Virus record (IMG/VR): IMGVR_UViG_3300033412_000056 | Span: 1-27,320 of that record | Length of the DNA: 27,320 nucleotides | DNA from: a virus | Lineage: Duplodnaviria; Caudoviricetes | Strand: one strand, 5' to 3' | In this document: in pieces, positions 14,087 to 23,819 of the stretch | How the letters are laid out: each line of letters starts with the position of its first letter | How positions within the stretch are numbered: the first letter of the stretch is position 1 | Program-made: the position numbers and the translations under genes | Notes under the pieces: generated by a model | The model's database searches: none | Seen by the model: the letters and a program-made list of their open reading frames with translations, nothing else | What the model was told of the DNA's origin: nothing

Positions 14087-16153
14087 GTGTTACAAGACTA
14101 TGACATTGTTGGAAGCTATAATAACGAACGGTTTAGCAATATCGATGCTGAACGCACTGTCAATTTGTTTGAATATCGTGATCCAAAAGCTAAAAAATCT
14201 AAGATTTTAATATCGACCTCTGGTTTAACTAATACAGGAATGGATTTTTCTCCTAATAGTAGTGGGTCAAGGGCTTCATTTATATTTAACAATATTACTT
14301 ATCAAGTTTTTGGTTCAGAAGTCTATCAAATACAGGGATTTCCTACTTCTTTTTCTTATTCAAGAATAGGTAGTTTATCAACAAATACAGGTTATGTTGG
14401 AATTGAAGCGAATACATTCCAGGTTATTTTTGTTGATGGATCTGATGGATATATTTATGATACCAATGCCGAAACATTTACTCAAATAACAGACACTTCT
14501 TTTCCTGAAGCCCCTATTGATGTGACTTATTTAGATGGGTTTTTTGTTGTTGCAAATGGTAATACAAATACTTTTCAGTTATCAAGTTATAACCAAGGAT
14601 TAGTTTGGGGTCCTGCACAAAATAATTTTGTGAGTGCGTCAGCAACTACTGATTTAATTACATTAGCATCAACTGTTAATTATCAGACAGGCATTCCAGT
14701 TTCTTTTTTAATTGGAGATCCAGGGAGTTCTTTTACAGCAACAGATGCGGGTGATTTATTTACTGTTTCTTCGACGACAAATTATCCTAATGGATGTGCT
14801 GTGAGATTTACAGGAGGCAGTTTGCCGCCGCCTGTAGTAATTAACACTACTTATTATATTATTAATGCGACTGCGACGACATTTCAAATTTCTACGACAT
14901 TTGGTGGTTCAGCATTAGTTTTAACAGGTAATGGGTCTGGAACCATTATTGCACAATTACCGGATGGATTATCAACAAGTACGACATATTACACCATTCG
15001 TTTTTCTTCAACTTCTATACGGGTAGCCACAACTTATGACAATGCTATTAATAATATCTATATTGATTTGCTGTCTAATGGCAGCCCCTCGAATGAGATT
15101 TTAAGTGAAGGACAATTGCAACTTGGAACAATAACAACGCACCCAGGGAATATTGTTGCTTGCAGGACACTTCATCGAAAACTTTTCTTATTCAGTAAAA
15201 ATTTTACCGAAGTTTGGGAAAATGCAGGGATTGGGACTAATTTACCATTTAGACGTGTTAATAGCGTTGTTATGGAAATAGGAACACCCGCAATAGGAAG
15301 TATATCTGTTGCATTTGATAGGATGTTTTTTCTATCACAAGACAAGGATGGCCTAGGGTCTATTGTTCAAGTTGATGGCATGCAATCAACACCTGTTAGT
15401 ACACGTGCCTTAGATTTTCAATTAGCACAATATGCGGCAGATCCTGCTAAAGGGGTTTCTGATGCAAGAGGTATTTTAATTAAAGAGAATGGATTAATTT
15501 TTTACCGATTAAATTTTACTGCCGCAGATCATACTTACGTTTATAACGTCACATTAAGTTCTCCAAGTGATCCATTATGGCATGAAGAAGAAATGCTAGA
15601 TGGATCTCGCCATGTAGCACAAACGCATTTTTATTATGGTGGATTGAATTATTACGCATCTTATAATCAGGCAGTAATTTATATTGTTAGCCCAAATGTT
15701 CCAAATAATGATGGCGAAGCCATAAAACGCATGAGAATAAGTCGGTGTATGGTTCCTTCCACTTATAACCGTACTCGCATTGATCGTCTTCAAATAGACG
15801 TACGACAAGGATTTGTTGATATTGAAATTCTTCAAGACTGGCTAAAAACAGATGAAGGACAGGATTTATTAACAACTAGTGGCTTACAACTTTTATTAGA
15901 ACAACAAATTTCGGTTCCTAGTGAAATTCCTCCTATTATTTTTCTATCTTATTCAAAAGATGGGGGTATTACTTATGGAAACAGGCTTTCTGGAAACATG
16001 GGTAAAATAGGTGAACGTACACATAGAACGGTTTACAGAAAATTAGGTACTGTTCCAAGAGGACAAGGTTTTATTTCTAAAACTGAATTTTTTAATAAAG
16101 TACCCTTTATTGTTTTAGGTGCTGCATGGAGCTTTGAAGTGATGCCGGAGTAA
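14087..16153 (+). CDS. Tail hub / packaged DNA stabilisation protein (P22 gp10-like) with internal insertion
   Basis: DVTYLDGFFVV, TEVWENAG..PFRR, PVSTRALD and LSYSKDGGITYGN..GKIGE motifs. A GTG start at 14087 is preferred over the overlapping track start at 14042. Confidence 0.85.
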   Translation: MLQDYDIVGSYNNERFSNIDAERTVNLFEYRDPKAKKSKILISTSGLTNTGMDFSPNSSGSRASFIFNNITYQVFGSEVYQIQGFPTSFSYSRIGSLSTNTGYVGIEANTFQVIFVDGSDGYIYDTNAETFTQITDTSFPEAPIDVTYLDGFFVVANGNTNTFQLSSYNQGLVWGPAQNNFVSASATTDLITLASTVNYQTGIPVSFLIGDPGSSFTATDAGDLFTVSSTTNYPNGCAVRFTGGSLPPPVVINTTYYIINATATTFQISTTFGGSALVLTGNGSGTIIAQLPDGLSTSTTYYTIRFSSTSIRVATTYDNAINNIYIDLLSNGSPSNEILSEGQLQLGTITTHPGNIVACRTLHRKLFLFSKNFTEVWENAGIGTNLPFRRVNSVVMEIGTPAIGSISVAFDRMFFLSQDKDGLGSIVQVDGMQSTPVSTRALDFQLAQYAADPAKGVSDARGILIKENGLIFYRLNFTAADHTYVYNVTLSSPSDPLWHEEEMLDGSRHVAQTHFYYGGLNYYASYNQAVIYIVSPNVPNNDGEAIKRMRISRCMVPSTYNRTRIDRLQIDVRQGFVDIEILQDWLKTDEGQDLLTTSGLQLLLEQQISVPSEIPPIIFLSYSKDGGITYGNRLSGNMGKIGERTHRTVYRKLGTVPRGQGFISKTEFFNKVPFIVLGAAWSFEVMPE

Positions 16154-16159
16154 AAGATT

Positions 16160-16438
16160 ATGGCACAAGATATTGATCAACTACCAGTTTATGATGCTTT
16201 AATTAAAATGGATGGGAATAGATTAAGTCCTTATATGTCTGATATATGGATTAGTTTTATGACCACTTTTGCCCAAACTGTATCTGAAACAATATCTCAA
16301 TTTGGTCTATTTGTTCCTCAAATTACAACTAGTCAAAGAGACAGTTTAAATAGCCCACTCAATGGTCAAGTGATTTATAATACAAGTACGAATAAGTTTC
16401 AGGGAAGAGAAAATGGAGTTTGGGTTAATTTGATCTAA
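16160..16438 (+). CDS. Small tail-associated protein, 92 aa (tail needle position)
   Basis: PQITTSQRD..SP.NGQVIYNT...W motif of trimeric fibre proteins. Position after gp10. Confidence 0.7.
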   Translation: MAQDIDQLPVYDALIKMDGNRLSPYMSDIWISFMTTFAQTVSETISQFGLFVPQITTSQRDSLNSPLNGQVIYNTSTNKFQGRENGVWVNLI

Positions 16439-16456
16439 TCAAAAAGGAATTTGATT

Positions 16457-17026
16457 ATGGGGTTTAATATTGGTGATATGTTTGGCTTTAATTCTGGCGA
16501 TCCATACAAAAAAGGTATGGAACAGTTACAGCATTATTATAATGAGGCTAAAAAAACTCAACAGCCTTATTATGATGCTGGAACCAATTCTATACCACAA
16601 TATCAAAACTGGTTAAATACCATGCAAGACCCATCAGGATTTATTAATAATATGATGGCGGGATACTCCGAATCACCCTGGGCTAGATATCAACAAGATC
16701 AATCAATGCGTGCTGCAACTAATATGGCCTCTGCCAATGGGTTGGCAGGGAGTACCCCCATGCAACTACAAGCACAACAAAATGCCGCTAATATTTCATC
16801 GCAAGATATGAACAGTTGGTTAAGCAATGTTCTTGGGATTAACACTCAATATGGTGCAGGCGAAGGTAATCTTGTAAATATGGGTCAAAATAATGCTAAT
16901 TCATTAATGAATTTAATGTCTAGTATGGGTGGCGGAATGGCTAAAGGGGCTTTTGGAAAAAAAGCGGCTAATCAGCAAGATATGATAAATATGCTTTCTA
17001 TGATAGCGATGATGTTTGGAGGATAA
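16457..17026 (+). CDS. Probable DNA ejection/pilot protein (gp7-like)
   Basis: Gln/Asn/Gly/Met-rich. QPYYDAG and SPWxRYQ motifs. Position in the P22-like gene order. Confidence 0.7.
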   Translation: MGFNIGDMFGFNSGDPYKKGMEQLQHYYNEAKKTQQPYYDAGTNSIPQYQNWLNTMQDPSGFINNMMAGYSESPWARYQQDQSMRAATNMASANGLAGSTPMQLQAQQNAANISSQDMNSWLSNVLGINTQYGAGEGNLVNMGQNNANSLMNLMSSMGGGMAKGAFGKKAANQQDMINMLSMIAMMFGG

Positions 17027-17029
17027 GAA

Positions 17030-18229
17030 ATGGCTGGGTTAGATATTGATTTTCCGATGCCGAATGTCGTCGTTCCCGGTGGACGATTTGCACAATCTTA
17101 TAATGCGCTTTCTAATGCGTTAGCAGATGCCAGTTTAAATCAGACAAAGGCTAAATTTGCTCCATTATCAACATTAGCAGATGCTGAATCTAAAATGACA
17201 TATTCAAGGCTAATGGGGCCTCAGTTTGTTTCTAAATTAATGGCCAATAAAGATATATTAGCCAATTTGAAAAATCCAGAAGAAGCAACAAATATGTTGT
17301 ATCAAGCTGGAACTGGACAAACCGCTTATGATAATGCCCTTAATAATATTATTCAGCAACAATCACATGGATCTGTAGCTAGTCAGTTTATTAATAAATT
17401 AAAAGATAAAATATTTGGAAATAAAAATAATGCTATTTCTCAACAACAAACACAATATGAACAACCTATTAATTATGTAAATAGTCCACAAGAAGTAATC
17501 AATCCAGGTGATGCGTACACTATACCAATGCAACAACCATCACAACAAACAGAAATTAATCCTCGACAAAGATTTTTTGAAAAATCAGGGGAAGCGGCAG
17601 GTCTTGAAAAAGAAGGAGAAGTATTAGGAGATATTCGAGCTAAGGCAATAGATGAAATGGATCAGGAATATGAACAGGCTATAAAAGCAGATGTTCCAAT
17701 AAAAAATTTAATGGATATTTCACAAGATGAAAGATTTATTAATTTGAGAAATAAATTTCCATTTTTTCAAGATACGCAATTGAATGCTTTATCTAAAATA
17801 GGTAACCCAGAGGAACAAAAATTAATAGGTAATTTTACTACATCTGCAAAAAAAGCTGTTGCAGAAACTTTAATGGGATTTAGAGGAAGAATATTAGATA
17901 AAGAAGTATCTTTATCTAATCAAATGAAAATTTCAGATAATGATACATGGAATGTCATGTTAGGAAAATTAGAGTCAATTGCTACATTTAATGAAATGTC
18001 TAAACAACGATCAAGACTTGCTTCTGATTTAATGAAAAATAAACATATAACAAGAGGTGAAGCGCTTGAACAAGCTGATAAAAAAATAAATGGTAAAGAA
18101 ATTAGAAATCGTGTTGAATCTCAATTAAATTCATACTCAAAAATGGTTACTTTAAGAAATCCAAATACAGGTGAAATAATCACAATTCCTCTAAGCCAAG
18201 CAAAAAAAGGAGGATTTAGGAGTGACTGA
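17030..18229 (+). CDS. Probable DNA ejection protein
   Basis: Helical, Gln-rich, 399 aa. Inferred from position only. Confidence 0.55.
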   Translation: MAGLDIDFPMPNVVVPGGRFAQSYNALSNALADASLNQTKAKFAPLSTLADAESKMTYSRLMGPQFVSKLMANKDILANLKNPEEATNMLYQAGTGQTAYDNALNNIIQQQSHGSVASQFINKLKDKIFGNKNNAISQQQTQYEQPINYVNSPQEVINPGDAYTIPMQQPSQQTEINPRQRFFEKSGEAAGLEKEGEVLGDIRAKAIDEMDQEYEQAIKADVPIKNLMDISQDERFINLRNKFPFFQDTQLNALSKIGNPEEQKLIGNFTTSAKKAVAETLMGFRGRILDKEVSLSNQMKISDNDTWNVMLGKLESIATFNEMSKQRSRLASDLMKNKHITRGEALEQADKKINGKEIRNRVESQLNSYSKMVTLRNPNTGEIITIPLSQAKKGGFRSD

Positions 18230-19469
18230 TTATTCTGGATGGGAGCTTGTTGATAATGAAAAAGAAGTGCCGTCTTCACCAGATTATTCTGATTGGGAGA
18301 TGGTTTCTTCTTCGCAACAACAAGAACCACAAGAAAATTTTAAAACCGCATTGTCTAGAGCGCCTGGTCGAATAACTCAAGATGTTTACAATTCTGCAAT
18401 GAATTTTGCGGGTGAAATACCAGGATATTATGAGAAAGCTAAAACTGAAGTACCTGGTATTTTTTCTACTCTTATCAAACATCCTGTGCATTTAGCAGGA
18501 CAGGGATTAGCAGGACTAACAGAACTAGGTCATGGTATTTTAAATGCTCCTCACGGTATTGCTGAATATGGATCAAATAGACTTCATCTGATTCCAGAAA
18601 AAGTAACTTCACAAATACCGTATCAAAAAGACATATCGCAAGATATCTCTGGATTATTAGGAAATCCAGAATATCCTGGTGAATCATTAATGAGAGGAAC
18701 CACACGAAATGCTTTAAATTTAATGGGTGTTAAAGGTGTTGGATCTGCTCTTAATCCATTAAAATTAAGTAAGAAAAATATAATTAAAGATGTTTTACAA
18801 ACTAGAAAAGAAAATAAAAAAATATATTCTGAAAAATATAATGACTTATTTAACGAAGCAAAAGAACAAGGGATAGGGGATGTTTCAAATGCTATTCCAG
18901 AAATTGATTATGAGACTATAAAAAAATATTCTCCAAGTAAAAAAATTGAAGGACTTAATGTTTTTCTTGAAAACCCAAGCGTTAAAAATGCACATAAAGC
19001 AAAAAGTGACTTATTAAGAATTGATAGAGACTTAAATAAATTGAGTACCTTAAATACTGCTGAAAGAAAACACTCAACTGCTGTTAAGAATGCCATTAAT
19101 TCTTTACAAAATAATATGTTTACTCACGAAAGTGGATTACGAAATCTAGATTTATTTGAGAGATATAATAATATACAAAAAGGATATGCACTGGATGTTG
19201 TACCTTATAATAATAAATCAATAAAAAAATATCTTTCTCAAGAACTGACAGATAAGGAGTTAATAAATTCTTTATCAAAAGGAGCTTTTAGAGCTAAAAG
19301 AGGAAAATATCATCCTCAATTTGGGATAAGAGAAAAAATATTACCCATTGGGACAGCTCTAGGAACAGTTGGGCTAGGAAAATTCCTTTATGATAAATTT
19401 GACTTGCTTGGTAGCCTGCTTGATAAGCCAGGTTATAGAGAGATTCCAGCTTATAGTGAAAATGAATAA
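18222..19469 (+). CDS. Probable DNA ejection protein
   Basis: GTG start after AGGAGG. N-terminal DYSxWExV duplication and Gly-rich amphipathic segments. Inferred from position. Confidence 0.55.
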   Translation: MTDYSGWELVDNEKEVPSSPDYSDWEMVSSSQQQEPQENFKTALSRAPGRITQDVYNSAMNFAGEIPGYYEKAKTEVPGIFSTLIKHPVHLAGQGLAGLTELGHGILNAPHGIAEYGSNRLHLIPEKVTSQIPYQKDISQDISGLLGNPEYPGESLMRGTTRNALNLMGVKGVGSALNPLKLSKKNIIKDVLQTRKENKKIYSEKYNDLFNEAKEQGIGDVSNAIPEIDYETIKKYSPSKKIEGLNVFLENPSVKNAHKAKSDLLRIDRDLNKLSTLNTAERKHSTAVKNAINSLQNNMFTHESGLRNLDLFERYNNIQKGYALDVVPYNNKSIKKYLSQELTDKELINSLSKGAFRAKRGKYHPQFGIREKILPIGTALGTVGLGKFLYDKFDLLGSLLDKPGYREIPAYSENE

Positions 19470-19490
19470 AAGATAGTAGAATAGGTTAAC

Positions 19491-19506
19491 TTCACAAGGA
19501 TGTGAA
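19491..19506 (+). promoter_or_regulatory. Consensus CsrA/RsmA site
   Basis: TTCACA-AGGA-TGTGAA contains ACAAGGATGT and ends 2 nt before ATG 19509. Confidence 0.75.
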
Positions 19507-19508
19507 AG

Positions 19509-21101
19509 ATGACTGTATCGGCGTTATTGGCACCCATTCCCAAATGGGTGATTATGGATAATTCTGGCAGGCCGGCTGGCGGTGCTAAGCTTTATACCTA
19601 TAGAAATTTAAACCCTACGCAGCAAAAGACTGTGTATCAGGACCCAAGCTTATCATCAGCTTGGACGAATCCTATTGTCTTTGATTCAAACGGTTCACAA
19701 GGCCCTTTTTATTGGGAAGTCGATAGCGATAATCTTGATGATACTTATTATTTAGAGGCTTATGATAGTAACAACAATCTTCTATGGACAATTGAGGATT
19801 ATTTTCCTCCTGGTGATGGAGGAGGTGGAAGTTCAACAACTTACGTCTCTTTAGCCAATCTTATTGCTAATAATACTTTTTTAGATCATATTGACGATAC
19901 GGCTAATCCTACTAATACAACTAACTTAGTTTTAGCGCCTAGTAATCACAAAGGATTTACCCCAGCGGATTTAAACCCCGTATCAACGTCAACAGCGGGT
20001 GTGGTCGGTCCCGATATTCGTTTTGTGAAAAATAATACGGATGCCTCAGATCAAATCACGTTTGTTAATTTTTCTGGAAATGAGTTAACAGGTGATATTA
20101 CACCGCCATATTATTTAAGATATCAGTGCAATAATTCTCCTGTTGGAGAAACCTATAAAGGTTTTCAGTTCCCAATTACGCAAAACATATTTAACTTAAA
20201 TAATGAAGTAGTAAGTTTTACGATTTGGGCGCGATCAGGAACAAATCCTCATACATTGTCTCTATATACACGGCAATATTATGGGACGGGCGGTTCGCCT
20301 TCAACTGAGGACATTACCTTTTCTGGCAGTCTTTCTTTAACGACAAGTTGGCAAAAATTTGTTTTAAGTTTCACTATTCCTTCTACTTCGGGTAAAACAT
20401 TAAGTTCCACTGGCGATGACGCATTATATATGCAGCTTTGGATGCCTCTAGGTCAAGTATGTGATGTTTGGTTTACAAAACCATCGTTATTTATAGGTGA
20501 TATTAACCCAGGTCAAGAATATATTACTTATGATCAAGTAGATTCTGTTACCCAAACTTTTAGAACAAGTGATACAAAAACAAGTTTTATTTCGACAGCA
20601 CAAAAAGGTTGGGTTGCAATGAATGATGGCTCTATTGGCAGCGCATCATCAGGCGCAACAACTCGCGCCAATATCGATACTTTTTGCTTATATAAAACAA
20701 TTTGGGATGGTGTGTCAGATACCTATGCGCCAGTTGCAACAGGTAGAGGCGCTACAGCATCAGCCGATTTTAATTCAAATAAAGCTCTTACATTACCAAG
20801 ATCATTAGGCCGTGCCCTAGCAGGAGCAGGAGCAGGTTCTGGTCTTACTTCTAGAGCATTGGGCGAATATCTAGGCTCCGAAACTCATACATTAAGCATT
20901 GCTGAAATGCCTGCTCATAATCACCCTAATTCGGTTGCTTCTGATGTTCGATTATTTGCTGCTGGTAGTTCAGGTTCGGGAAATTTTTGGCAAAATTTTG
21001 GAGGAATCAACTTGCCAATTTCTGTTACATCGCAGGGTGGCGGAACGGCACATACAATTATGCAGCCTACAAGCTTTATGAATGTATTTATAAAACTTTA
21101 A
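19509..21101 (+). CDS. Tail fibre/spike with head-binding N-terminus and collar-like C-terminus
   Basis: GRPAGGAKLYTY...NPIVFDSNG anchor domain. Central beta-sandwich (LTTSWQKF). GSETHTLSIAEMPAHNH...AHTIMQP tip motifs. Confidence 0.85.
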   Translation: MTVSALLAPIPKWVIMDNSGRPAGGAKLYTYRNLNPTQQKTVYQDPSLSSAWTNPIVFDSNGSQGPFYWEVDSDNLDDTYYLEAYDSNNNLLWTIEDYFPPGDGGGGSSTTYVSLANLIANNTFLDHIDDTANPTNTTNLVLAPSNHKGFTPADLNPVSTSTAGVVGPDIRFVKNNTDASDQITFVNFSGNELTGDITPPYYLRYQCNNSPVGETYKGFQFPITQNIFNLNNEVVSFTIWARSGTNPHTLSLYTRQYYGTGGSPSTEDITFSGSLSLTTSWQKFVLSFTIPSTSGKTLSSTGDDALYMQLWMPLGQVCDVWFTKPSLFIGDINPGQEYITYDQVDSVTQTFRTSDTKTSFISTAQKGWVAMNDGSIGSASSGATTRANIDTFCLYKTIWDGVSDTYAPVATGRGATASADFNSNKALTLPRSLGRALAGAGAGSGLTSRALGEYLGSETHTLSIAEMPAHNHPNSVASDVRLFAAGSSGSGNFWQNFGGINLPISVTSQGGGTAHTIMQPTSFMNVFIKL

Positions 21102-21137
21102 TAAGCAGGAAGCTTATTTATTACATGGAGAGTAAAA

Positions 21138-21440
21138 ATGGCCTTACCAACAGTACAAGTGCCGCCATTAGATCCTATGGCCTATACAGGGCCTGTAAGA
21201 ACTATGTCAGGCATCGCAAGAACAGGGGATATAACCCTTGATTCTCCTTATGGATCGAATGGCGCCCCTGAATATGGCCGTTGGCTATATGTGGGAGCCT
21301 CTGGCAACGTGACATACCAAAAATGGGATGGCACAAGCCAAACTCTAGTTAACCTTGCAGGTGGTGCGTGGCATCCGATTTATTCCACGATGGTTTATTC
21401 GAGTGGCACATCCGCTACAGGGTTAGTTTGGGGAAGTTAA
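21138..21440 (+). CDS. Small virion protein, 100 aa
   Basis: RWLYVGASGNV...VYSSGTSATGLV beta-rich pattern. GGAG RBS. Confidence 0.7.
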   Translation: MALPTVQVPPLDPMAYTGPVRTMSGIARTGDITLDSPYGSNGAPEYGRWLYVGASGNVTYQKWDGTSQTLVNLAGGAWHPIYSTMVYSSGTSATGLVWGS

Positions 21441-21486
21441 TTAATTTTTTACATGGACGTTTATTTTATTTACAGGAGTTTTAGAG

Positions 21487-22704
21487 ATGACTACAACATA
21501 TTCACAAACGGTTTTTTCTCCCTGGCTGACACCAGTTCGCCTGGCATCAACATCAAACATTTCTGGTACATATTATAATGGACCAAATAACAATGGTTTG
21601 GGAGCTACTTTAACGATTGCCGCATCATCCTTAACAGTTGATAGTGTAGCTGCTGAAGTGGGAGATCGTATTTTATTACAAACACAGACCAATACTTATG
21701 AACAAGGTATTTATGTTGTAAATAGTATCGGTTCTACCGTTGTTTTACAACGTTCAGCGGATCAACAAAGTATTGAACAGATGAAAGCAGGTCAATATGT
21801 TTCGGTTGGTGCTGGTTCTACACATGCTGGTAACTTTTACAGTTTGGTTGAGCCTTTGCCCAGTGCTATTGGCGTAGATGCTATTGTGTTCAATGCTGAC
21901 CCTTCAGCTGGGGATGTTTCATTCTCTGGCGGCGCATCAACAGCAAACGCATTGCCAGTGTTCTCTGACACATCAGGTAACATCAAAGCTGCAACAACCA
22001 CTGTAACGTTGGGTCAAGCTTTGTCAATCACTGGCGCATTAACTGCATCAGGAGCGATTGCCTCTACTGCTGGAAATATTACTTCTGGCTCTAGTGGTGA
22101 TGCTGGCACTTTTATTTCATTTCCTGCAACGGCTACAAACGGTACTTTGATTGTTGCTGCTGCAAACGCTGGTGGTGCATACAATACCACAATCAGCAAT
22201 GGAACAATGGGGCAATCTTCTGTTATCACAATTCCTGATCCAGGCGCGGCTACTAGTAAATTTGTGCTGCAAGATGGCAGTAACACTTCAGCGTCGATCA
22301 TTAATCTGAAATACGGTGCAACACCTGTTGCTCAAGTTGATCCTGCAAGTTGTACGATTTCAGGTGCTGCTGGTGCTGCTAACGTATGTACTGTCACCAT
22401 TCAATTAAAAGATGGCAGCGGTACAAATATGGCAAGAGTCATTCCCTTCACGGTTTACGCATCTTCTGCATCCGATGGTCTAACATTAGCTTCTGCTGCA
22501 TCAACTGGTTTCTCTGTTGCTTCTGGTGGTATGAGTCTAAATAATGGAGAAGCTATTACAACGAGTATTCGTTGTATGTCCTCTGCAACTGGTGGTTGTG
22601 TATTAAGCTTAACTGATACGGGCAAACAAACGAGCTATCTCGTCCTTGTTTTAAATAATGGAGTAAAAATTAGCGCTCAATTATCTGCTGGATCGTACGG
22701 TTAG
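21487..22704 (+). CDS. Tail fibre/decoration protein, 405 aa
   Basis: GDRILLQTQT...QGIYVV domain shared with the 22903 protein. Ser/Thr/Gly/Ala-rich. Confidence 0.75.
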   Translation: MTTTYSQTVFSPWLTPVRLASTSNISGTYYNGPNNNGLGATLTIAASSLTVDSVAAEVGDRILLQTQTNTYEQGIYVVNSIGSTVVLQRSADQQSIEQMKAGQYVSVGAGSTHAGNFYSLVEPLPSAIGVDAIVFNADPSAGDVSFSGGASTANALPVFSDTSGNIKAATTTVTLGQALSITGALTASGAIASTAGNITSGSSGDAGTFISFPATATNGTLIVAAANAGGAYNTTISNGTMGQSSVITIPDPGAATSKFVLQDGSNTSASIINLKYGATPVAQVDPASCTISGAAGAANVCTVTIQLKDGSGTNMARVIPFTVYASSASDGLTLASAASTGFSVASGGMSLNNGEAITTSIRCMSSATGGCVLSLTDTGKQTSYLVLVLNNGVKISAQLSAGSYG

Positions 22705-22716
22705 TAATAAATAAGT

Positions 22717-22742
22717 TGGGGGATGTAAAAGTCTCCCATTTT
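22717..22742 (+). terminator. Rho-independent terminator-like hairpin
   Basis: TGGGGGAT-GTAAAA-GTCTCCCA followed by TTTT. Confidence 0.55.
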
Positions 22743-22755
22743 GTAAGGGATTAAT

Positions 22756-22896
22756 ATGAATACTTGGGGTAGTGGGTTTATACCTATTATTATTTATTCA
22801 GCAACGACGCCATCCTATAGTCAAAATTTAATTTTGACTGAGGATGGTTTGAATCATTTAGCAACAGAAAATTTAATACAACTTACAACGGAGTGA
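22756..22896 (+). CDS. Small tail-region protein with LxTE repeats, 46 aa
   Basis: MNTWGSGFIPIIYYSATTPSYSQNLILTEDGLNHLATENLIQLTTE. AAGGGA RBS. Confidence 0.7.
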   Translation: MNTWGSGFIPIIIYSATTPSYSQNLILTEDGLNHLATENLIQLTTE

Positions 22897-22902
22897 TAAG
22901 TT

Positions 22903-23799
22903 ATGTCCGGTATAATGATATCCAATTTGTCTACTCTGACATCATTAAATGTTTCTGCTATGTTTCCTGTTGTTCAATCAGGATTAACATATAAAGTATC
23001 TCTTTCTCAAATGGCATCGCTTGCGTTTTCAACTAGCGCAACAAATGTTGCAACAACAACGGCATTAACTGTTATTTATAATAATGGAACTTTAGGAGTT
23101 GGTGCTACATTAACAAATAATGGGGCATTAGCTGCATTATCTATAGATGGAGTTTCATTAAATGTTAATGATAAAGTTCTTGTTAAAGATCAAGCAACAT
23201 CGACTCAAAATGGTATTTATACAGTAACAACTGTTGGAGATGGATCTACTGCATGGGTTATGACAAGAGCAATAAGTTATGATTTAGGCGCTCTGATTAA
23301 TCCTGGCGATGTTTTTACAGTCACACAAGGAACAGTTAACGAAAATACTCAATGGATACAAACTGAGGATGTATCTACAGTTGGTTCAGATAATATATTA
23401 TTTGTTTCTAATATTATTGCAGGTTCTGGTCTTGTAAAAACAAATAATTCTATTGCTTTATCTTCTTCTTATTCTCCATTTTCTTATCAGGTGATAACTG
23501 GAACCTCACAAAGTGCTGTAGCAAATACAAGTTATATTATAGGAAATGCGGGAGCAACTACTATAACTATTCCTGCAACTGTTTCAGTTGGTTCTGTATT
23601 TGGTGTTGTTGGAAAAGGTGCGGCTGGTTGGATTATACAGATGAACACAGGACAAGTTTGCAATTTAGGAACTAATCCTACTACTGCTGGTGGAACGCTT
23701 ACTTCTACCGATCCGACAGACTGCTTAGAAATGGTGTGCATTACCGCAAATACAACTTTTACAGTGAGGAGTTATGTAGGAAGCATAACACCTGCTTAA
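22903..23799 (+). CDS. Tail fibre-like protein, 298 aa
   Basis: ISNL N-terminal motif and DKVLVKDQ...QNGIYTV domain. C-terminal beta domain. Confidence 0.8.
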   Translation: MSGIMISNLSTLTSLNVSAMFPVVQSGLTYKVSLSQMASLAFSTSATNVATTTALTVIYNNGTLGVGATLTNNGALAALSIDGVSLNVNDKVLVKDQATSTQNGIYTVTTVGDGSTAWVMTRAISYDLGALINPGDVFTVTQGTVNENTQWIQTEDVSTVGSDNILFVSNIIAGSGLVKTNNSIALSSSYSPFSYQVITGTSQSAVANTSYIIGNAGATTITIPATVSVGSVFGVVGKGAAGWIIQMNTGQVCNLGTNPTTAGGTLTSTDPTDCLEMVCITANTTFTVRSYVGSITPA

Positions 23800-23802
23800 T
23801 TT

Positions 23803-23814
23803 AACAAGGATGTT
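23803..23814 (+). promoter_or_regulatory. Consensus CsrA/RsmA site
   Basis: AACA-AGGA-TGTT contains ACAAGGATGT and ends 5 nt before ATG 23820. Confidence 0.7.
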
Positions 23815-23819
23815 TAATT

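Noticed and set aside
22894-22903. Stop-codon readthrough fusing the 46-aa gene to the 22903 fibre
   Set aside because: Two consecutive stops (TGA TAA), and the downstream gene has its own GGAG RBS.
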